Source: Mobula hypostoma (taxonomy: Eukaryota). From it: a stretch of DNA of 64,000 nucleotides. Where the stretch lies: positions 104,100,001-104,164,000 of the forward strand of contig NC_086097.1 of the NCBI RefSeq assembly GCF_963921235.1, in the 5' to 3' direction. Shown in pieces: positions 13,049 to 25,839 of this stretch. The notes beneath the pieces are model-generated. The model was not told the origin of the DNA and did no database searches. It was given only the letters and a program-made list of their open reading frames with translations. Position numbers and translations under genes: made by a program. Each line of letters begins with the position of its first letter. The first letter of the stretch is position 1.

Positions 13049-13690
13049 TTGTGGCTTGGCTTTGCGAATGGAGATTTAGGAAGGGGGCTGCCCACATCTG
13101 CTGTAGGCTCGCTGGTGGTTGATAAGTCTAATACGGGACAGGCAGGCCCGGCCACAGCAGCTAAGATGTGGGTGTGTCCTTCGGCCTGCGCAATGGTATT
13201 TTAGGTGGAGTGCAGTATGCGCGGTATTGGCCCCGTCCTTTACACCCGGGGTTCATCTGCCATAGCCTAGCAAGCTGGGACGGTGACAGCGAGGTCCTGA
13301 GGTTGTAGGAGTTACGTCGGAGTGTCCTTCTCCTAGGTGGATGGCCTGACAAGGCTAACACGTCCCACCTGCCCGGGTTTGGATTCAGGGTTGTCCTTCT
13401 CTTAGGCTGGCTGCCAACCAAGGCTAACGAACCCAGCCTACCCATCTAGCTATACCGCCGGACACTGGGTTGCGCCATGGCGTAGCAAGCTCGGTGGAAA
13501 CGGGGGGCACCGACGAGAAGGTGTTGCTACGGACGCAGTAATGTAGGAGAGGCCATTTGCAGTGGCCTCTTGCCTAGCGGGCCAGACAGTGACCATGCGG
13601 CAATCACTACACCGGGAAAGGAGAGGCGATGATTGCATGTACACTTTCCCTGGGTGAGTGGGACGTCAGGCCCAGACCTCACCCGCACCC
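13049..13690 (-). mobile_element. Bipartite non-autonomous RTE derivative (5' UTR fused to 3' end)
   Basis: Minus strand carries the RTE 5' UTR motif gggtaggctgggttcgttagccttggttggcagccagcctaagagaaggacaacc, present twice in diverged form, joined to an RTE C-terminus (CGRACLSRIRLINHQRA). Flanks TTTT(A)AAATGAT look like a target duplication. Confidence 0.7.
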
Positions 13691-14839
13691 CTTTTAAATG
13701 ATAGTTACAATAAAAATATCAAAGATCATGGATTAGTCAAACTGAGCTCTGAATATTTTGTCAAAATCTTTTATAGATACATATTATTGCAAAGAAAATG
13801 AAATGAGTCTTGTGCATTGTCTTGAGCCATTAGCAGAGTCTGAGGAAGAAAATCGGAATAGGAGGTAGATTCCAGGCAATGGATGCATTCAGGCATGACT
13901 TTCCTGTGTATGGCCATCATCACCACACTGTCAGTAATCGAACTGATGAGCATCTGAGACCAATTTGAGAGGGCCCCAAGACCAGATATAATTCCAGCAA
14001 AATGTGAAGCAATACTTTGTGACAGCTGGTCCAGCTGTTCATTCCTGTTACAGTCACATCTTATTACCTGGAAATATAGTTTGGAGTAGTCGTGGCATTG
14101 GTCAGAGTGGAATATATGGCTAATGTGAAGCAGGAATTGGAAATGTGGGAGCCAAACTTCTCCATATATTGTGTGTGTGTGTGGCCTGTACCCATGCATC
14201 TGGTATGGTAGTGAACCAATCAATTTTCTATTTTGTCTTGAGATTTGCAAATTGTTTGTACAGACTTGATGTCCAAATGTTCGAAGAAAATTGGGAGTGG
14301 GAGAAAATGTATCCAACATTGCCCTCATTGTGATGGCTGTCATTTAGTGTCTGGCTTCACCAAGCTTTCTGTACACCTTGGGTGTCTCTGTGTGCTGAAG
14401 TTCTGTTTGTACCTTGTGATGTGAGGAATGGGTCTGGCCATACTGCTGTGGAAAATTCCTTTGCTTGTAGAACATTCTGAATGGAGGAGGGTGTTTGACT
14501 ATTAGTACATCAGAGAGTAGTCTGCACAGCATGTCCTCAGTGCTGAAGAAAAAAGAAATATTAGATCCTGTTATATGGCTCACTAGCTTCTTGAAAGATC
14601 CCTCTGGTTTGCCGTATATTTGCTGGCCTTTCAGAGAAAGCGCTGTCCATAGCCTATGATGCTGACCGACACATTCCAAAGTGCAGGACTGCTTGCTGAG
14701 GGCTGTACTGAAGCTTGTTTCACCTGCCACAAAGACTCCATCAGGCAATGTCACAGTAAAGTTTTTTGGATTGGGACAAGAAAGGTGGCATGAGAGCTAA
14801 ATTCTGAAGGAAGGCCGTTTTTTAAAAAAACTTCGAATA

Positions 14840-17800
14840 CAAGAAGGATGAGACTGCACCGGCGCATGACATAGACAGGACAGCGCGAAGTGTTTAAAAA
14901 GGAGACCACCCTATACAGTGGGCAGCGGAGTGTAGGGCTTTGGCTCAACAGGCTTAACAGGAAGAGGCGAGAGCGAGACACCAACTTTTTTTTCCCCTTG
15001 GCGAATCGGCCCGGACAGACAGAGGAACAGCAGAGCTCACACAACTAACGGTACGAGCTAACAGTTTATAAAGGTTCATGTGTTTGGCGAGGTAAGTAGG
15101 TGCATAGACTTAATTTTCCTTATTTCATTCCTGTAGAATTAGGTAGCATACCTGCAGGGTTAGTGCTTTGTTCAGGGTGTCAGATGTGGGAATCCTGGGA
15201 GACCTCCAGCCTCCCTGATGGCCACATCTGTGCCAGGTGCACCAAGATGCAGCTCCTCAGAGACCGTGTTAGGGATCTGGAGCTGTAGCTTGATGACCTA
15301 CTGCGTATTATGGAAAGTGAAGAGGGGATAGACAGGAGCTACAGGGAGGTAGTCATCCCTAGGCTACAGGGATCAGAAAACTGGGTGACTGTCAAGAGAG
15401 GGAAGGAAAATGCCTGGATAGTGGAGAGCACCCCTGTGGCTGCCCCCCTTAGCAACAAGTATCTCGTTTTGGATGCTGTTGAGGGGGACGACCTGACGGG
15501 GGACGCCCATGGTGACCGGGTCTCTGGCACTGAGCCTGGTGCTGTTGTGCAGGAGGGAAGGAGGGAGAAGAGGAATGTAGTAGTCATAGGGGATTCCATA
15601 GTCAGGGGAACAGACAGGAGATTCTGTGAGCCTGACAGAGATACCCACATGGTGTGTTGCCTCCCAGGTGCCAGGGTACGGATGTCTTGGATCGGGTCCA
15701 GAATATTCTGAAGGGGGAGGTTGAACAGCCAGCTGTCTTGGTACATGTTGGTACCAATGACATAGATAGGAAAAGGGAGGAGGTCCCGAAGAGAGATTTC
15801 CGGGAGTAGGAAGGAAGCTGAGAAGGAGGACCTCCAGGGTAGTAATCTCAGGATTGTACCTGTGCCACGTGCTAGTGAGGGCAAGAATAGTAGGATCAGG
15901 TAGATAAATGCATGGCTGAGAGACTGGTGCAGGGGGCAGGGCTTCAGATTCTTGGATCATTGGGAACTCTTCTGTGGGAAGTATGACCTGTTTAAACTGA
16001 TTTGGCAGGGGGATGGGAACCGGAATGATAGAGCAGAGGAGGGGGAAAACAGAAATAAATCTAAGATAGTGAGCAGTAAAGATGTCAGGAAGGACAGGCA
16101 TGTGATGGGGCAAATTTGTAGCCATTGGGATGAGTTGCAGTGCAAACAAAGCAAAAAGTACCAAATACCGGACTTAAGGTGTTATACTTAAATGCACGCA
16201 GCATAAGGAATAAGGTGGATGATCTTGTCGTACAGCTACAGATTGGTAGTTATGATATTGTGGCCATCACTGAGACGTGGCTAACGGATGCATGTCTCTG
16301 GGAGCTGAATGTCCAAGGATACACAGTGTATCGGAAGGATAGGCAGGTTGGCAGAGGGGGAGGCATGGCTTTATTGGTAAGAAAAGATATTAACTCATTA
16401 GATAGAGGTGACATAGGATCGGAAGGTGCAGAATCTTTGAGTTCAGCTAAGAAATCGCAGGGGTAAAAGGACCCTGATGGCAGTTATGTACAGGCCTCCA
16501 AACAGCTGCAGTGATGTGCACTACAAATTACAACAGGAAATAGAAAAGGCTTGTCAGAAGGGCAGTGTTATGATTGTGGGGGATTTTAACATGCGAGTGG
16601 ATTGGGAAAATCAGGTCGGCACTGGATCTCGAGAGAGAATTTGTAGAATATCTGCAAGATGGCTTTTTAGAACAGCTTGTTGTTGAGCCCACTAGGGGAT
16701 CGGCTGTACTGGATTGGGTATTGTGTAATGAACCAGAGGTGATTAGAGAGATTGAGGTGAAGGAACCTTAGGAGGCAGTGATCATAACATGATTGAGTTC
16801 ACTGTGAAATTTGAGAAAGAGAAGCCGAAATCTGATTAATCGGTATTTCAGTGGAGCAAAGGAAATTACAGTGGCATCAGAGAGGAACTGGCCAAAGTTG
16901 ACTGGAAAGGGACACTAGTGGGAAGGACGGCAGAGCAGCAGTGGCTGGAGTTTATGCTAGAAGTGAGGAAGGTGCAAGACAGATATATTCCAAAACAGAA
17001 GAAAGTTTCGAATGGAAAAAGGATGCAACCGTGGCTGACAAGAGAAGTCAAAGCCAAAGTTAAAGCAAAGGAGAGGGCATACAAGAAAGCAAAAATGAGT
17101 GGGAGGACAGAGGATTGGGAAGTTTTTAAAAGCTTGCAAAAGGAAACTAACAAGGTCATTAAAAGGGAAAAGATGAACTATGAAAGGAAGCTAGCAAATA
17201 ATATCAAAGAGGATACTAAAAGCTTTCTCAAGTATATAAAGAGTAAAAGACAGGTGAGAGTAGATATAGGACCGATAGAAAGTGATGCTGGAGAAATTGT
17301 AATGGGAGATAAGGAGATGGCAGAGGAACTGAACAAGTATTTTGCATCAGTCTTCACTGAGGAAGACATCAGCAGAATACCGGACACTCAAGGGTGGCGG
17401 GGAAGAGAAGTGTGCACAGTCACAATTACGACAGAGAAAGTACTCAGGAAGCTGAATAGTCTAAAGGTAGATAAATCTCCCGGACCAGATGGAATGCACC
17501 CGCGTGTTCTGAAGGAAGTAGCTGTGGAGATTGCGGAGGCATTAGCAATGATCTTTCAAAAGTCGATAGATTCTGGCATGGTTCCGGAAGACTGGAAGAT
17601 TGCAAATGTCACTCCGCTATTTAAGAAGGGGGCAAGGAAGCAAAAAGGAAATTATAGACCTGTTAGCTTGACATCGGTGGTTGGGAAGTTGTTGGAGTCG
17701 ACTGGCAAGGATGAGGTTACAGAGTACCTGAAGGCATATGACAAGATAGGCAGAACTCAGCAACCTTAAAGGAAAATCCTGCCTGACAAACCTATTGCAA

Positions 17801-18940
17801 TTTTTTGAGGAAATTATGAGTAGGCTAGACAAGGGAGATGCAGTGGATGTGTATTTGGATTTTCAGAAGGGCTTTGACAAGGTGCCGCACATGAGGCTGC
17901 TAAACAAGATAAGAGCCCATGGAATTATGGGAAAGTTACATACGTGGATAGAGCGTTGCCTGATTGGCAGGAAACAGAGAATGGGAATAAAGGGATCCTA
18001 TTCTGGTTGGCTACCGGTTACCATTGGTGTTCCACAGCGGTCTGTGTTGGGGCCGCTTCTTTTTATGTTGTATATCAACGATTTGGATTATGCAGTAGAT
18101 GGTTTTGTGGCTAAGTTTGCTGATGATACAGAGATAGGTGGAGGGGCCGGTAATGCTGAAGAAACAGAGTCTGCAGAGAGACTTGGATAGATTGGGAGAT
18201 TGGGCAGAGAAGTGGCAAATGACAATACAATGTTGGAAAGTGTATGGTGATGCACTTTGTTAGAAGAAATAAACAGGCAGACTATTATTTAAATAGGGAG
18301 AGAATTCAAAGTTCTGAGATGCAATGGGACTTGGTAAACTCTTAAGGTTAACCTCCAGGTTGAGTCAGTGGTGAAGAAGGCGAATGCAATTTTGGCATTC
18401 ATTTTGAGAGGAATAGAGTATAGGAACAGGGATGTGATGTTGAGGATCTATAAGGCACTGGTAAGACCTCACTTGGAGTACTGTGTGCAGTTTTGGGCTC
18501 CTTATTTAAGAAAGGATGTACTGATGTTGGAGAGGGTACAGAGAAGATTCACTAGAATTATTCTGGGAATGAGAGGGTTAACATATGAGGCCCGCTTAAC
18601 CGCTGTTGGACTGTACTCCTTGGAGTTTAGAAGAATGAGGGGGGACCTCATAGAAACATTTGAAATGTTGAAAGGCATGGACAGAGTGGATATGGCAAAG
18701 TTGTTTCCCATGATGGGGGAGTCTAGTACGAGAGGGCATGACTTAAAGATTGAAGGGCGCCCATTCAGAACAGAGATGAGAAGAAATTTTTTTAGCCAGA
18801 GGGTGGTGAATCTGTGGAATTTGTTGTCACAGACGGCAGTGGAGGTCAAGTCATTGGGTGTATTTAAGGCAGAGATCCGAGTAGCCAGGGCAATGGGCTG
18901 AATGGCCGACTTCTCCTTTGTCTAATGTCTTATGGTCTAA
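14840..18940 (+). mobile_element. Near full-length degenerate CR1 LINE (5' UTR, ORF1 zinc finger + SGNH esterase, ORF2 APE-RT)
   Basis: CSGCQMWE...HICARC; VVVIGDSIVRGTD; LKVLYLNARSIRNK...AITETWL; KSPGPDGMHPRVLKE; YLDFQKGFDKVPH; KFADDT; 3' tail. Several stops, frameshifts and deletions. Confidence 0.92.
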
Positions 18941-19609
18941 AGGGCCTCCTACCATTATGCATTGAGGAGCTGCATGTATATGGTATCTTGGAATTGAGGA
19001 AAACATTTTTTTAAAAATCATTTTTATCATCATTATAAATGGTTAGCATTCTTTTTCTGAAAATGGCATATTTTGTACAATTACAAACTTTATGAATAAA
19101 TTAACATTTTTGAAATAAAAAGCAAAAAGGAAGTGCAGTGCTCTGGAACATGTCTGTTTGCAACAATCAACCACAGAGCAATGGCTGCACCACAGGTTGC
19201 ACAATCGCCTCCAGCCTTCTCTGACATTTCATGTTATGACTAATTTAAATTCAGTTTTGCTTGGGAAAAAATGAAACAAAAATCTCTTTTGATCTTGATG
19301 CAGCAGTTGTGACTGTCTGACCCTCATCTGAGGGAGAATTAAGATTTCAATACCCTCATTGAGAAAACACACTTATTTCATCCGTAAGTAGGTTCAGCTT
19401 TAATTTTTAGGTCTGCATATATACCTCTCCCCAGCATGATCGCCTTGATTTCAATGAAAGAAACACTTCTCTGCATCTAGCTTCATCACATCCATCCATT
19501 ACGTTCAGTAAGATTATCTGTTAATCATTTAAACTTGGGGTGGAGGGGAGAGCTGTTTTGGAGGGCTGTGAAAATGTAGTGAGAGTCTATTCAAACTGCC
19601 TTGAATCCT

Positions 19610-21100
19610 CAGCAACACACACAAAATGCTGGAGGAACTCAGCAGGTCCAGCAGCATCTATGGAATTTAATAAACAGTTGGTGTTTCGGGCTGAGACCCT
19701 TCAGGAATGGAAAGGAAGAGGGAAGGCACCAGAATAAAAAGGTTGGTGGGGGGAAAGGAGGACCATCTAGAAGGAGATAGGTGAAGCCAGGTGGGTGGAA
19801 AAGCTAAAGAGCTGGAGAAGAAAGGCTCTGATCGGAGAGGAGAGTGAGTCATGAGAGAAAGGGAAGAAGGTGGAGCACCGCGGCAGATGACGAGAAGAGA
19901 TAAGAGGGCAGAGTGGGGAATAGAAGAAGAGGGAAGGAGTTAAAATTGATGTTCATGCCATCAGGTTGGAGATTAGCTAGCCGGAATATGAGGTATCTCT
20001 CCCTGAGAGTGGTTTCATCATGGAGGAGGCCATGGACTGACATATTGGAATGGGGATAGGTATGGGTGGCCACCAGTAAATTACACTTTTGGTGAATGGA
20101 GTGGAGGTGCTTGACAAAGCGGTCCCCTAATTTATGTTGCACACAAAATGCTGGAGGAACTCACCAGGCCAGGCAGCATGTATGGCAAAGAGTAAACAGT
20201 TGACATTTTGGACAGAGACCCTTCATCAGGACTAATTTATGTTGGGTCTCATCAATGTAGAGGAAGCAGCATCCGGAGCACCAGGTACAACAGATGACTG
20301 CAACAGATTCACAGGTGAAGTGTTGCTTCACCTGGAAGGATTGTTTGAGGCCCTGAATGGAGGCAAGGGAGAAGGTGAATGGGTAGGTGTAGCATTTCTG
20401 TTGCTTTATGGATATGTGCTTGGAGGGAGATTAGTGGAGAGGGACAAATGGATAAGGTAATCAGAGAGAGCAATGTCTGCAGAAAGTATTGGTGGGGGGG
20501 GGAGAATAGGTGAAGATGAGTTTGGAGGTAGGATCCCAATGAAAATGGTGGAAGCAGAGAATGATGTGCTGGAGAGGTAGGCGAGGCCAAGAGGAATTCT
20601 ATCCCTGTAAGGTGGGGTGAGCATGGATGCACGGGAAATGGAGAAGATGCAAGTGAATGTCGCATCAAGGAAGGGAAACCCTTTTCTTTGGAAGGAGGAA
20701 GACATCTTTCCTCGAAAGCCTCATCCTAGGAACAGATAGAGCAGAGACAAAGGAACTGAGAAAAGGGAATTGGATTTTTACAGGAGACGAGTGGGAAAAG
20801 GTATAGTCAAGATTGGTGTGGGAGTTCGTAGGGTAATGTTTGTAGACAATTTGTCTCTAGAGATGAAAAAGGAGGAGAGAGGTGTCAGAAATGGACCAAG
20901 TGAATTGAAGGGAGGAAGTTGGAGGCAAAGTTGATGAAATAGACAAGGACTGCATGGATGCATGAGGCAGCCCAATGCATGTTATTGTAGTGCAGGAAGA
21001 TTTGGGAAGCATTACCATGAAAGGCTTGGCACATGTAGCCAACGAAAAGGCAGGCATATCTGTGGCCCTTATGGGTGCCCATGCTTACCTCTCAAGTTTG
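19610..21100 (-). mobile_element. Decayed Penelope-like element (RT and GIY-YIG remnants) with an extra terminal-repeat copy at 20140-20235
   Basis: YACLFVGY, LGDRFVKHL and LIFRLANLQPDGMNINF align with the element at 54.8-57.4 kb; terminal repeat at 19610-19710. Confidence 0.8.
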
Positions 21101-21759
21101 CCCTCTAATATTTTTTGGTGAACCTTCCTGAACTGATTCCACTGACTAAAATATCTCTTGAGTTATGAATTCAATATTCCAGTACAAGTTTTGCCTCATC
21201 CATTCTATAGATGTGGCACAATTTCTTAATTTAGAATTTTAGTCAATTGAGATGAAGGGCAATCTTTAACAAGAATCATGCACAGATGTAATGTGATATT
21301 TGAGCCTTTTTGTGTATTCAGTGGGATGTTGCAGAAATGGGAGCATGATCTTGCAAGTTTTAACTTTTTCTGTTGGAACTGTTATTTATGACATTGTTCT
21401 CACTTTTGCCCCTTTTATCCAAGCCAAATTGCTGTTTTAGAGTTTCTGAAGCTTTTAAAGCTAAGCTAATTACCAAGATCGCTGACATAATTGGTGTTTG
21501 TGGAGAAAGAGACAGAACTCTGCAAACTCCATGAAAAACTGAATCTGACTTGATGTTGGTCATCAGCCAGATTGTACTTTTCTCAGAGCCATAGTCTAAA
21601 TTAATGACTTGGATAAAGCTACAGAGAGTATTATGGTCAGATTTATTCCTTACAAGTAGTTTAGAGTATACATGGAATGTGAAAGAAATGTAGCTGCATT
21701 AAGTAAATGGGTATAAAATAGAAGGAATAATTGTGAGGTTATCACATTGGGCCCTGAGG

Positions 21760-22440
21760 GTGGTGAATAACAACCCCTCACTCAATGTCAGACTACAGGA
21801 GGAGGAAACTGGAGTTCGAGCCACTTCTCGTCGGGGAATCATATGTGGAAAGGGTCAGTAACTTTAAATTCTTTGGTGTTATCATTTCATAAGCTCTGTC
21901 TTGGGTCCAGCATGTGCCATTACAAAGAAGGCATGTCATCCAAAAATTTGACAAACTTCTATAGATATGTGGTGGAGAGTATACTGGCTGGTTTGGGAAA
22001 ACCTGTGCTCTTCAACAGAAATGCAGTGGATATAACCTGGTCCATCACAGGTAAAGCCTTTTCCACCATTGAGCACATCTGCAAGGAGTGTTGTCACAGA
22101 AAAGCAGCTCCATCCAGTACATCCTCTCTTACTGAAGGAGGTACAAGAGCCTTGGGTAGAACACCACCAGATTCAGGAACAGTTATTACCCCTCTAACAT
22201 CAGACTCCTCAATCAGAGTGGACAACTTCACATACCCCAACACCGAACTGATTCCATAACCTATGGACTTGCTTCCAAGGTCTCTACAACCCATGTTCTC
22301 AATAGTTATTATTTATTATTATTATTTTTCTTTGTATTTTGCAGAATGGCTGTTTGTCCAGTTTTTCATTGATTCTATTGTTTCTTTGTATTTACCGTGA
22401 ATGCCCGCAAGAAAATGAATCTCAGGGTAGTACATGGTGA
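21760..22440 (+). mobile_element. Rex/Babar LINE 3' fragment; tail continues at 27035-27078
   Basis: LTNFYRYVVESILAG... and tail aagaaaatgaatctcagggtagtacatggtga | tatatgtactttgataaatttacttagaacttttgaac, split by the Tc1 element. Confidence 0.75.
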
Positions 22441-23142
22441 CAGTGGTGCTAGAAAGTTTGTGAACCCTGTAGAATTTTCTCAAGTTTGTATAAATATGAT
22501 CTAAAATGTGATCAGACCTTCACTTAAGTCCTAAAACTACAAATGTTTGTCGATAAATAGAACCTAATTAAATAAATAACACAAAAAACATTATACTTGT
22601 TCATTTATTTATTAAGAAAAATGATCCAATATTACATGTTTGTTGTGCTCCCTTTGTACAACAATAACGTCAATCAAATGTTTCCAGTAACTTGATCAGT
22701 CCAATATATCGGCTTGGAGGAATTTTAGGCCATTCTTCCTTAGAAAACTGCTTCATCTCTGGGATGTTGGTGGGCTTCCTTGGGTAAACTGCTTGCTGCA
22801 GGTCATTCCACAACACTTCTATGGGATTAAGATCAGGACTTTGACTCGGCCATTCCAAAACACAAATTTTCTTCTTTTAAACCATTCTGTTGTTGATTTA
22901 TTCTTTTGTCTTTCGAACATTGTCTTATTGCATTATCCAACTTCTATTAAGCTTCAGGTGATGGACTGCTACCCTGACATTCTCCAGTAAAATGTCCTGA
23001 TACAATTTTGAATTCATTGTTCCCTCAACGATTGCAAGCTGTCCATGCCCTGAGGTAGCAAAGCAGCCCCAAACCATGATGAAGTGCCCTTTTTCCTCCA
23101 AGCATAATGGTGTGTAATTCTGCCAAAAAGTTCAACTTTTAT

Positions 23143-24660
23143 AATAGTGGATGCATTAGTGATAATTTTTCAAAACTCTTTAGATTCTGGACTAGTTCCT
23201 GAGGATTGGAGGGTGGCTAATGTAACCCCACTTTTTAAGAAAGGAGGGAGAGAGAAACCAGGGAATTATAGACCGGTTAGCCTAACATCGGTGGTGGGGA
23301 AACTGCTAAAGTCAGTTATCAAAGATGTGATAACAGCACATTTGAAAAGCGGTGAAATCATCGGACAAAGTCAGCATGGATTTGTGAAAGGAAAATCATG
23401 TCTAACGAATCTCATAGAATTTTTTGAGGATGTAACTAGTAGAGTGGATAGGGGAGAACCAGTGGATGTGGTATATTTGGATTTTCAAAAGGCTTTTGAC
23501 AAGGTCCTACACAGGAGATTAGTGTGCAAACTTAAAGCACACGGTATTGGGGGTAAGGTATTGATGTGCATAGAGAATTGGTTGGCAGACAGGAAGCAAA
23601 GAGTGGGAATAAACGGGACCTTTTCAGAATGGCAGGCAGTGACTAGTGGGGTACCGCAAGGCTCAGTGCTGGGACCCCAGTTGTTTACAATATATATTAA
23701 TGACTTGGATGAGGGAATTAAATGCAGCATCTCCAAGTTTGCGGATGACACGAAGCTGGGTGGCAGTGTTAGCTGTGAGGAGGATGCTAAGAGGATGCAG
23801 GGTGACTTGGATAGGTTAGGTGAGTGGGCAAATTCATGACAGATGCAATTTAATGTGGATAAATGTGAAGTTATCCACTTTGGTGGCAAAAACAGGAAAA
23901 CAGATTATTATCTGAATGGTGGCCGATTAGGAAAAGGGGAGGTGCAACGAGACCTGGGTGTCATTATACACCAGTCATTGAAAGTGGGCATGCAGGTACA
24001 GCAGGCGGTGAAAAAGGCGAATGGTATGCTGGCATTTATAACAAGAGGATTCGAGTACAGGAGCAGGGAGGTACTACTGCAGTTGTACAAGGCCTTGGTG
24101 AGACCACACCAGGAGTAATGTGTGCAGTTTTGGTCCCCGAATCTGAGGAAAGACATCCTTGCCATAGAGGGAGTACAAAGAAGGTTCACCAGATTGATTC
24201 CTGGGATGGCAGGACTTTCATATGATGAAAGACTGGATGAACTAGGCTTGTACTCGTTGGAATTTAGAAGATTGAGGGGGGATCTGATTGAAACGTATAA
24301 AATCCTAAAGGGATTGGACAGGCTAGATGCAGGAAGACTGTTCCCTATGTTGGGGAAGTCCAGAACGAGGGGTCACGGTTTGAGGATAAAGGGGAAGCCT
24401 TTTAGGACCGAGATTAAGAAAAACTTCTTCACACAGAGAGTGGTGAATCTGTGGAATTCTCTGCCACAGGAAACAGTTGAGGCCAGTTCATTGGCTATAT
24501 TTAAGAGGGAGTTAGATATGGCCCTTGTGGCTAAAGGGATCAGGGGGTATGGAGGGAAGGCTGGTACAGGGTTCTGAGTTGGATGATCAGCCATGATCAT
24601 ACTGAATGGCGGTGCAGGCTCGATGGACCGAATGCCTACTCCTGCACCGATTTTCTATGT
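23143..24660 (+). mobile_element. Young 5'-truncated CR1 (RT and C-terminus, two premature stops)
   Basis: ORFs 23147-23839, 23843-24118 and 24122-24577 are nearly identical to the 62119-63543 protein; tail ttctatgt; probable TTTAT target duplication. Confidence 0.92.
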
Positions 24661-24684
24661 TTATCTCATCTATCTTCAGACTAT

Positions 24685-25447
24685 TGTGACGGGATCCTGA
24701 ATTATCCCTTATGAACTGTGCTTTTAAAAAAGTGGGAGGGGGGAGGGAGGGGCAGGCAGGCGAAGACTGCTCACAGTTTGTTTACACTCTTGCAAGGACA
24801 CTGCCAGCTTCTGAGTTCCTACTGAGAGAGAAGGGAGGAGCTACTTGATGGACAGCTGGTGTTCAATACAACAGTATTTAAATCAGCGTAATTGTTTGTT
24901 TCACATGACACGCAGACGCACTAAGGTGTGGTGAAGTTACCACTATCCTGTTCAGGTGCCCATGAGTGTGGGACTGAGGATTGATTACGAGGTATTGATC
25001 TGTGATTGTTAGTGCGTGAAAGAACGACCCTGTGGAGTCTACTAGTGTGTCTAACCTTTGCCTGGGATGGTAGACTAGCACTTGAAGACGGCGCTCTTAA
25101 GTTGGTCAAGTTTGGCTAACTTGGAAGTTTCGGAGGACAACGGGAAGAATCGATGGCATCGGCTTACTTGAACAACCACAACACCTCTCTCTCTCCATCA
25201 CTACTCAACTCAATACCACGAACTGAACTGAACTTTATCTGTCACCGTAAGACTGTATCCATTTATTCCCAAGGCTTAAAAAAGCTTGGTTTTTATATTT
25301 CCACACTTACATATAATCATTGCTAACCTGTTTGATTTATCTGAATTTATATTACTGTATTGGTAGTTACTAATAAATAGTGTTAGTTAACAGCAATACC
25401 AGACTCCAAGGTGCTTTCTATTTCTGCTGGTTTTTTAACCCGTCATG
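24685..25447 (+). mobile_element. Solo LTR (probably Gypsy-type) inside Tc1
   Basis: Starts TGTGACGGG and ends near CCCGTCA; AATAAA at about 25372; Tc1 sequence resumes directly after. No clear target duplication. Confidence 0.6.
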
Positions 25448-25839
25448 GAAGTGTTATGGAACATCCAGGTGGTCTTTTGCAAACTTGAGACATGCAGCGA
25501 TGTTTTTTTAAGGCAGTGGTTTTTTAGAAATGCTTTTGTGGCCTTTTTAAGCTTCATGCTTCTCTGCAATTCTTCTAAGGTCCCCTGAAAGCTTTGATTG
25601 AGTCATGGTCTACGTAAACAGACCTTTCTTGAGAAGAACAGGCTCTGTCAGTAACATGACAAATCTCATCTCATTGATTAGAACGCCTGACTTTAAATAG
25701 CTTTCATAGAAGGCATTACCCCAGAAGTTCATATACTTTTTCCAATAAATACATGTAATATTGGATCACTTTTCTCAATAAATGATGTTTATTGTGTTAT
25801 TTATTTAATTGGGTTCTATTTATCTAGTTTTAGGTCTTA

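Noticed and set aside
13771..14754. 190-aa and 136-aa minus-strand ORFs
   Set aside because: No convincing motifs; probably a very old LINE remnant that I could not assign.
15339..16164. Long minus-strand ORFs (181 and 263 aa), and similar ones at 23485, 47420 and 62457
   Set aside because: Antisense shadows of CR1 coding sequence.
24734..24760. G-quadruplex-like G runs (also near 36345 and 57355)
   Set aside because: Low-complexity tracts inside transposons with no evidence of function.
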